The notes under the pieces are model-generated. The model was not told where the DNA came from. It searched no databases and saw nothing but the letters and a program-made list of their open reading frames with translations. Both the position numbers and the translations under genes were made by a program. A DNA stretch of 64,000 nucleotides from Candidatus Pacearchaeota archaeon (lineage in GTDB: Archaea; Nanobdellota; Nanobdellia; Pacearchaeales; GW2011-AR1), in assembly GCA_041659445.1 (NCBI GenBank), contig JBAZYG010000001.1, positions 155,068 to 219,067 of the forward strand. Direction: 5' to 3'. Shown piece after piece: positions 57,092 to 64,000 of this stretch (its first letter is position 1; every line of letters starts with the position of its first letter).

Positions 57092-57472
57092 ATAATGTCT
57101 AAGTCCTTCTCTATAAAACCCATGAATATTTTTTTCTGAATCTATACAATAAATTGTGGAATTTCCTTTTTCAATTACTTTTATTCCAAAATCCTTAATT
57201 TCTCTTAAATTTTTTTTATTATTGTTGTTTGAATGATAAAAAATTATTTCCTTCTTTGAATATTTTAAAAAAGAAAGTTAATTTAGAGGATGTTGTTTTT
57301 TCTTTTTGTTTAGATAAAGATTCTGCAGAATTTTCTAAAAGAAAATTAATTGAGGGGGGTTTTGCTTTTAATGTAGACATTGATCCTATATCTAGAGATT
57401 CTTTTAATTTATAAGAAAATAATTATCTTTTATTACAATAATCTTTTTAAATAAAGTATTTATTGGTTTTAT

Positions 57473-57832
57473 ATGACAATTAATCTTGAAGATTTTAGAG
57501 GCCCTATGTTGGGATTTCCTTTGTTTAACTATTTTGATTTTAAAAAAGCAATTGAACTTTCTGATAGAGATTTTGCAGAACTTTATTTAAAATTAATGGA
57601 AGAATATAGATATAAAGATGGTTGGTGGACTGAAAGCAAAGGAATACCCTCTTGTTCAAAATGCAATGAAAAAATTTCTGGACCAAAAGATTTGAGAAGA
57701 TATTGTGGTAGGTCTTTACATCCTAATTGTTTTACAGAGGAGATTAAAATAGAAATGAAATCTATGAATTCAATTATGAAGAAATATTTTAATAGAGTTT
57801 TAAAAGTAGACTTTTCTTTATTAGATAATTAA
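57473..57832 (+). CDS. Hypothetical protein (119 aa) with a C…C…C…C region.
   Basis: …CSKCNEKISGPKDLRRYCGRSLHPNC…. Confidence 0.4.
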   Translation: MTINLEDFRGPMLGFPLFNYFDFKKAIELSDRDFAELYLKLMEEYRYKDGWWTESKGIPSCSKCNEKISGPKDLRRYCGRSLHPNCFTEEIKIEMKSMNSIMKKYFNRVLKVDFSLLDN

Positions 57833-57890
57833 TATTTATTTTAATTTTTTCCAGAAACATTTATAAAGCAACTATTTCTAAATATTTTAT

Positions 57891-57920
57891 CCGATGAGCA
57901 ATTAAGTTCAGATGAGGACT
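57891..57920 (+). promoter_or_regulatory. Two GATGAG (C-box / K-turn-like) motifs in the 5' leader of rpl7ae. Candidate L7Ae autoregulatory K-turn.
   Basis: ccGATGAGcaattaagttcaGATGAGGact, 36-65 nt upstream of the ATG at 57956. L7Ae binds K-turns, and autoregulation via a leader K-turn is described in other archaea. Confidence 0.3.
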
Positions 57921-57955
57921 TGATTGTTCTTAATTAAATAAAAACCAAACACAAA

Positions 57956-58258
57956 ATGGACGCATATCAAATAATTGAAAAGGCAAAAAGAACTGGCAAA
58001 ATTGAAAAAGGAACAAACGAAGTTACAAAAGCTATTGAGAGAGGAACTGCTAAGTTTGTTGCTTATGCAAAAGATGTTGATCCTAAAGAAATCATAGCTC
58101 ATTTATCAGCACTTTGCAAGGAAAAAAATATTCCTTATTCTGAAGTCGATAGTAAGCAAAAATTAGGAATTGCTGTTGGAATTCAAGTCGTAGCATCTTC
58201 AGTAGCAGTTATCGAGGCTGGAGAAGCAGATAAAGATATTGCTAGTTTAAAGAAATAA
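57956..58258 (+). CDS. rpl7ae: Ribosomal protein L7Ae (K-turn binding; also an sRNP/RNase P component).
   Basis: [76 protein letters not shown] is near-collinear with the canonical archaeal L7Ae. Confidence 0.9.
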   Translation: MDAYQIIEKAKRTGKIEKGTNEVTKAIERGTAKFVAYAKDVDPKEIIAHLSALCKEKNIPYSEVDSKQKLGIAVGIQVVASSVAVIEAGEADKDIASLKK

Positions 58259-58270
58259 TAAAATATTAAA

Positions 58271-58561
58271 ATGGCGAAAAATCAGGGAAAAAAAGATACA
58301 AAGCAGCAAAGTACGAAGGGAAGTGACAAAATTTTAGGTGAAGCTGTTCCTGCTGTTGTTCAAGAAATTTTAGGGAGAACTGGTTTCAGAGGAGAAATTA
58401 CTCAAATTAAAGTTTTGGTTCAAGAAGGTAGAGATAAAGGACGAGCAATGAGAAGAAATATTAAAGGTCCTGTGAGAATTGGTGATGTATTAATATTAAG
58501 AGAAACTGAAATTGAAGCAAGAAAAATTAAATCAAGTATTACAAAGGGAAGTTATAGTTAA
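58271..58561 (+). CDS. rps28e: Ribosomal protein S28e.
   Basis: …[59 protein letters not shown]… is the S28e signature. Confidence 0.9.
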   Translation: MAKNQGKKDTKQQSTKGSDKILGEAVPAVVQEILGRTGFRGEITQIKVLVQEGRDKGRAMRRNIKGPVRIGDVLILRETEIEARKIKSSITKGSYS

Positions 58562-58562
58562 A

Positions 58563-58772
58563 ATGGGAATTCATGGAATTATTTTAGAGCATGTTCTTAA
58601 TGGATTAAATATTTTAGAAAGTGGAAGTATGAAAGAAGTTATTATTAATACTAATATTGATGATAAATGGGATGCAAATAATTTAGCTGGAAAGATTAGT
58701 AATTATAATGTTAAAGTAGAAGAAAGTATGGGTTATTATCTTTTAAAAATTTCAAAGAAGGAGAAAAAATAA
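58563..58772 (+). CDS. Hypothetical small protein (69 aa from the Met directly after the S28e stop; the ORF track gives 58512-58772).
   Basis: MGIHGIILEHVLNGLNILESGSMKEV… Starts 1 nt after the rps28e stop. Stop 1 nt before the next ORF. Confidence 0.35.
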   Translation: MGIHGIILEHVLNGLNILESGSMKEVIINTNIDDKWDANNLAGKISNYNVKVEESMGYYLLKISKKEKK

Positions 58773-58773
58773 A

Positions 58774-59148
58774 ATGCAATTTAATATTGAGCTTCCAGAG
58801 GATGAAAGAGGAAATATTGATTTTAATAAATTGGAAAGAGAATTATCTAAAAATTTATCTAGCAATCCTCAAGAAGATGTTTGTGTTTACAAAACTAAAG
58901 ATGAAAAAATTGTGAATTTTATTAAAGATTATTTTATAAATTCTTATGATTTTAGTGTTGCAATTTCTTATAAAAAAGATGGAGATTATTTAATTAAATT
59001 TTCAACAGATGTTGTTTTAGAAAAAACAGGACTTGAAAAAACAAATGAAGCAAAATTTTTAGATTATATGAACAGATTAAATTTAGAACTAGGAAGTGCA
59101 GATCCTTTTGTACCATTGTATCGATTTAACGGAGGTTTAAATGCCTAA
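58774..59148 (+). CDS. Hypothetical protein (124 aa), translationally coupled to rpl24e.
   Basis: Its stop overlaps the rpl24e start (ATGCCTAA). Confidence 0.45.
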   Translation: MQFNIELPEDERGNIDFNKLERELSKNLSSNPQEDVCVYKTKDEKIVNFIKDYFINSYDFSVAISYKKDGDYLIKFSTDVVLEKTGLEKTNEAKFLDYMNRLNLELGSADPFVPLYRFNGGLNA

Positions 59149-59314
59149 ATGTGTTTATTGTGGAAAAACTTATGAATTTCCGAGAGGATTAACTTTAGTT
59201 GGAAAAGATGGAAATATAAATTATTTATGTTCTTCAAAATGCCGAAAAAACATGGCTATGAAAAGGCGTAAAGTCCGTTGGATATCTAAAAAGAAAAAAG
59301 TAAAGATTGAATAA
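59141..59314 (+). CDS. rpl24e: Ribosomal protein L24e (57 aa), not in the ORF track.
   Basis: MPKCVYCGKTYEFPRGLTLVGKDGNINYLCSSKCRKNMAMKRRKVRWISKKKKVKIE. C4 zinc-ribbon pattern typical of L24e. Confidence 0.85.
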   Translation: MPKCVYCGKTYEFPRGLTLVGKDGNINYLCSSKCRKNMAMKRRKVRWISKKKKVKIE

Positions 59315-59356
59315 AATCACGAAAATCTTTAAATAGTCTTTTAAATAGATTTTTTA

Positions 59357-59842
59357 ATGCCAAAAAGAAATTTGTTGATAGTAGTTGAAAATAAATCTAA
59401 ATATAATTCTTTAGAAGAAGCAACTTTATCTGGTTATTTTAATGTTGATGTTGTTAGTGATTTTGTTGAGGCTAATGAAAAATTAAAAAATCTTTATGAT
59501 ACAATTTTTTTAGAATTGCAAGGTATTGCATTACTTTCTCCTGAAAAGATTCCTCCTTTTGTTCCTGAAACTATCTATCAAGAATATAATAAAGACCCAA
59601 TTAATTTTGTAGGTAAATATTTATTAGAAAAAATAAGAAATGATAAATGTTCTTTGAATAAAAATACTCCTATTATAGTTCGTGTTGATGGTAGTCCAGA
59701 AAATCGACGTGATAAAGCCAAGTTTATAAGTATGGGTGCAACAAATGTAATTTACATTCCTTCTGAACTTGATGAACTTGAAGAATTTATTAAACCATTT
59801 GATATTTCTTTAGAGAGTCTTAAATCAAAATATTCTAAGTGA
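59357..59842 (+). CDS. Hypothetical protein with a degenerate CheY-like receiver pattern (161 aa). Occupies the position where ndk usually follows rpl24e.
   Basis: LLIVVENKSKYNSLEEATLSGYFNVDVVSDFVEANEKLKNLYDTIFLEL resembles a receiver domain, but the acidic pocket reads E-N and the phospho-acceptor position reads E (FLEL). No NDK motifs. Confidence 0.4.
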   Translation: MPKRNLLIVVENKSKYNSLEEATLSGYFNVDVVSDFVEANEKLKNLYDTIFLELQGIALLSPEKIPPFVPETIYQEYNKDPINFVGKYLLEKIRNDKCSLNKNTPIIVRVDGSPENRRDKAKFISMGATNVIYIPSELDELEEFIKPFDISLESLKSKYSK

Positions 59843-60055
59843 AATTAAATTTTATCTTATAAGTCCTTAATTTTTTATTTATATTTTTTTATTTCAAAAA
59901 TAAGCTCTTTTTTACATGTATTTTTGTTTTATCGTCGATAAAACCCCAGAAAACTTTATAAAGCAAGTTGTTTTCTTTTTAATATAATTAGGCAGTTTCT
60001 GTCCTAAAAATTACAGAAAATGATAAAAAATAGGGGAAAATATTTCAAATTTTAA

Positions 60056-61945
<1,890 letters not shown>

Positions 61946-62031
61946 GTTGTTTACCTCCATGGTCCTCGATAAAACATCTGCGGATTTAAATTTAAAAAAT
62001 TTAAATAAGGAGGCAAACTTAGAAATATAAA

Positions 62032-62340
62032 ATGAAAAAAGCAAAATTATCAACGCCTACATGGATTTTAGAAGGTTATGATAGCCTCGAGGCTTACAAC
62101 AAAGCCAAAGGCCTTAACAAAAAATCAAAAAAATCTGGTAAAACTTACAAGATAAAAATATGTCCAAAATGTAAAAGTGATAATGTTGGAGTTGTGTTAA
62201 TTGAAAGTAGTGAAGAAACAGGTGGAGGAAAAGAATGGGAATGTAGAAAATGCAAATGGAAAGGAAAAAGTCCTGTTGATAAAGAATTAACAGAAGATGA
62301 ATTTTTAGAGCATTTAGATAAACAAGAGGGAAAGAAATAA
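62032..62340 (+). CDS. Small Lys-rich zinc-ribbon protein (102 aa).
   Basis: CPKCKSD…(23 aa)…CRKCKWKG. Acidic C-terminus. Lies between gyrB and gyrA. Confidence 0.45.
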   Translation: MKKAKLSTPTWILEGYDSLEAYNKAKGLNKKSKKSGKTYKIKICPKCKSDNVGVVLIESSEETGGGKEWECRKCKWKGKSPVDKELTEDEFLEHLDKQEGKK

Positions 62341-62341
62341 A

Positions 62342-62755
62342 ATGGAAAAAATTCAAAAAAAGAAAACTTTAGAAATGAATGTCTACATAGCTGGATATCG
62401 AATAACTTTTGATGGGGTCGCTAAAGACTATAAAGGAATGTATTGTTCAGAATTTGATGGAAAATATTTAAATATGGTTCGTTGTAATGTTGAAAAATTT
62501 CCAACAATTGCTTTGTCTTTATTAGAAAATTCAGTGAAACCAAATCTTGTTAATGAAGTAATAATAAATTTTCCTGAAGGTGATAAAAATTTTACTTTGT
62601 CAATGGACGGATATTTTGGAAGACCTGCAGTTCTTTATGGTTCCCAAAGATTGAAGTCTGTTACTAAAAAAGATAGAAAAACGCTCACAAAAATTATTAA
62701 CCAAATTAATTCATTTGAAGTAAAAGGAAAGAAAATCGCTTTAAGAACAAATTAA
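62342..62755 (+). CDS. Hypothetical protein (137 aa).
   Basis: Starts 2 nt after the previous stop. Same operon as gyrB/gyrA. Confidence 0.45.
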   Translation: MEKIQKKKTLEMNVYIAGYRITFDGVAKDYKGMYCSEFDGKYLNMVRCNVEKFPTIALSLLENSVKPNLVNEVIINFPEGDKNFTLSMDGYFGRPAVLYGSQRLKSVTKKDRKTLTKIINQINSFEVKGKKIALRTN

Positions 62756-62756
62756 A

Positions 62757-63014
62757 ATGCCAGAAGAAAATAATGAAGAAGAAAACGATGAAGTTGAAGT
62801 TATAGAATTTAGCTTGAGCTTAGATGAAATAAACGAACTTATGGAAAAACTAGATTTTTTAAGGAGAACAAAAACAGAAATTTCATTTTCAGTCGACGAG
62901 TATAACGAACTTTTGATACATTATTTTGATGAAAATGCAGAAGATGAAGATTTAGATTTAGATGAGAAAGAAGAAGATTCTGAGGAAGACGAGGAATTCG
63001 AGGGAGAATATTAA
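62757..63014 (+). CDS. Hyper-acidic small protein (85 aa, roughly 40% D/E).
   Basis: MPEENNEEENDEVEVIEF…DENAEDEDLDLDEKEEDSEEDEEFEGEY. Its stop abuts the gyrA start. Confidence 0.45.
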   Translation: MPEENNEEENDEVEVIEFSLSLDEINELMEKLDFLRRTKTEISFSVDEYNELLIHYFDENAEDEDLDLDEKEEDSEEDEEFEGEY

Positions 63015-64000
63015 ATGACAGAAAATAAAGAAGAAAAAAATCTTGTGAATGAAAAAGGTGTTTTGAATAGCGAAGTCTCTGAAGAAATGAAAAAATCTTA
63101 TTTGGATTATGCAATGAGTGTTATTGTTTCTAGAGCTATTCCTGCAATTGAAGATGGTTTGAAACCTGTTCAGAGAAGAATTTTATTTTCAATGAATTTA
63201 ATGGGATTAAAACCAAACACACAAACAAAAAAATCAGCTAGAATCGTCGGAGATGTTATAGGTAAATATCATCCACACGGAGATACTGCTGTTTATGATG
63301 CAATGGTTCGTATGGCTCAAGATTTTTCTTTGAGATATCCTTTAGTTTATGGGCAAGGTAATTTTGGTTCTATTGACGGAGATCCTCCTGCTGCTTATCG
63401 TTATACTGAGGCTAAGCTTGAAGAGATTTCAGAAGAATTATTACAAGACATTGACAAAGAAACAGTTGAATTTATTCCTAATTTTGATAATTCACTCAAA
63501 GAGCCAGTTTTATTACCTGGAAAACTTCCAACTTTACTTTTGAATGGTGCATCTGGTATTGCCGTCGGTATGGCTACAAATATTCCTCCTCATAATTTAA
63601 CAGAAGTTTGTGATGCAATAATTAGTTATGTTGATAATCCAGAAATTTCGTTGAAAGAATTAACTGGAATTATTCAAGGTCCAGATTTTCCAACAGGTGG
63701 GATTATTCAAGGAGATATGAATGAATTATATTCGACAGGTAGAGGAAAATTAGTTGTCAGAGGAAGAGTAACTACAGAAGAAAGCAAGAAAAAAGATTTG
63801 GTTGTTATTACAGAAATTCCATACATGGTCAACAAAGCTACTTTAATTGAGCAAATTGCTGGTTTAGTTCGTGATAAAAAAATAAAAGATGTTTCTGATT
63901 TAAGAGACGAATCTAGTAAAGGAAAAATTAGAATTGTTTTGGAATTAAGAAAAGGAACTGATGCAAAATTTGCAATAAATGCATTATACAAATATACAAG
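63015..64000 (+). CDS. gyrA: DNA gyrase subunit A, N-terminal ~328 aa (continues beyond the window). Not in the ORF track because no stop lies within the window.
   Basis: …[29 protein letters not shown]…[41 protein letters not shown]…AYRYTEAKL… is the canonical GyrA N-terminus with catalytic-Tyr region (AYRYTE). Confidence 0.9.
   Translation, partial: MTENKEEKNLVNEKGVLNSEVSEEMKKSYLDYAMSVIVSRAIPAIEDGLKPVQRRILFSMNLMGLKPNTQTKKSARIVGDVIGKYHPHGDTAVYDAMVRMAQDFSLRYPLVYGQGNFGSIDGDPPAAYRYTEAKLEEISEELLQDIDKETVEFIPNFDNSLKEPVLLPGKLPTLLLNGASGIAVGMATNIPPHNLTEVCDAIISYVDNPEISLKELTGIIQGPDFPTGGIIQGDMNELYSTGRGKLVVRGRVTTEESKKKDLVVITEIPYMVNKATLIEQIAGLVRDKKIKDVSDLRDESSKGKIRIVLELRKGTDAKFAINALYKYT

Noticed and set aside
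57229-57414. 61-aa + strand ORF between kae1-downstream ORF and 57473 gene.
   Set aside because: Overlaps the open upstream extension of the minus-strand ORF at 56849. No motif. Either could be real, but neither is supported.
57908-58102. 64-aa minus-strand ORF overlapping rpl7ae.
   Set aside because: Antisense to a highly conserved ribosomal protein gene. Cys/Phe-rich nonsense composition.
59357-59842. Expected ndk downstream of rpl24e.
   Set aside because: The ORF lacks NDK signature regions (no N…KPDG…, no catalytic His context). It is called a receiver-like hypothetical instead.

Overview
By eye this is a very AT-rich, gene-dense 64 kb stretch of an archaeal chromosome. The archaeal assignment rests on archaeal/eukaryotic-type ribosomal proteins L7Ae, S28e and L24e in their usual order, Kae1, Elp3, an archaeal-type ThrRS and TrpRS, and an intron-containing tRNA with a bulge-helix-bulge (BHB) splice motif. 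The tRNA-Ile(UAU) and the generally small, streamlined proteins are compatible with a DPANN-like or nanoarchaeal episymbiont, but that is inference. Roughly 85 features are supported: housekeeping genes (ppsA, Lhr helicase, HtpX, trpS, thrS, elp3, kae1, gyrB plus a partial gyrA, GTPases, a NUDIX hydrolase, a glycosyltransferase, a SAM methyltransferase), two divergent tRNA genes, and many small hypothetical ORFs. The main finding is a co-directional locus of seven secreted or surface proteins at 37989-50863, about 12.9 kb, immediately downstream of the tRNA pair. It contains a 1512-aa adhesin-like protein with Hep_Hag-type head repeats, six near-identical 'EPLWTANFTAYNTSWSSTYNSSY' repeats and an internal dockerin module. 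It also contains a 1239-aa DUF2341/LamG/beta-helix protein, three paralogous small secreted proteins sharing an unrecognised roughly 100-aa C-terminal domain, and two membrane-anchored surface proteins. I read this as a candidate host-attachment system. Other notable points: tRNA-Ile(TAT) with a 48-nt intron, and a 24-nt duplicate of its 5' end just upstream. A single-cluster ferredoxin ORF is absent from the ORF track. Two coupled ORFs sit inside the conserved L7Ae-S28e-L24e operon, with ndk apparently replaced by a degenerate receiver-like protein. Three tightly packed small ORFs, one zinc-ribbon and one hyper-acidic, sit between gyrB and gyrA. There is a tandem pair of small paralogs, a degenerate PP-loop (NcsA-like) protein, and a membrane-anchored lipase alongside a patatin-like protein. 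No CRISPR array, integrase or transposase was recognised. All calls come from reading the translations and motifs by eye; no database searches were run.
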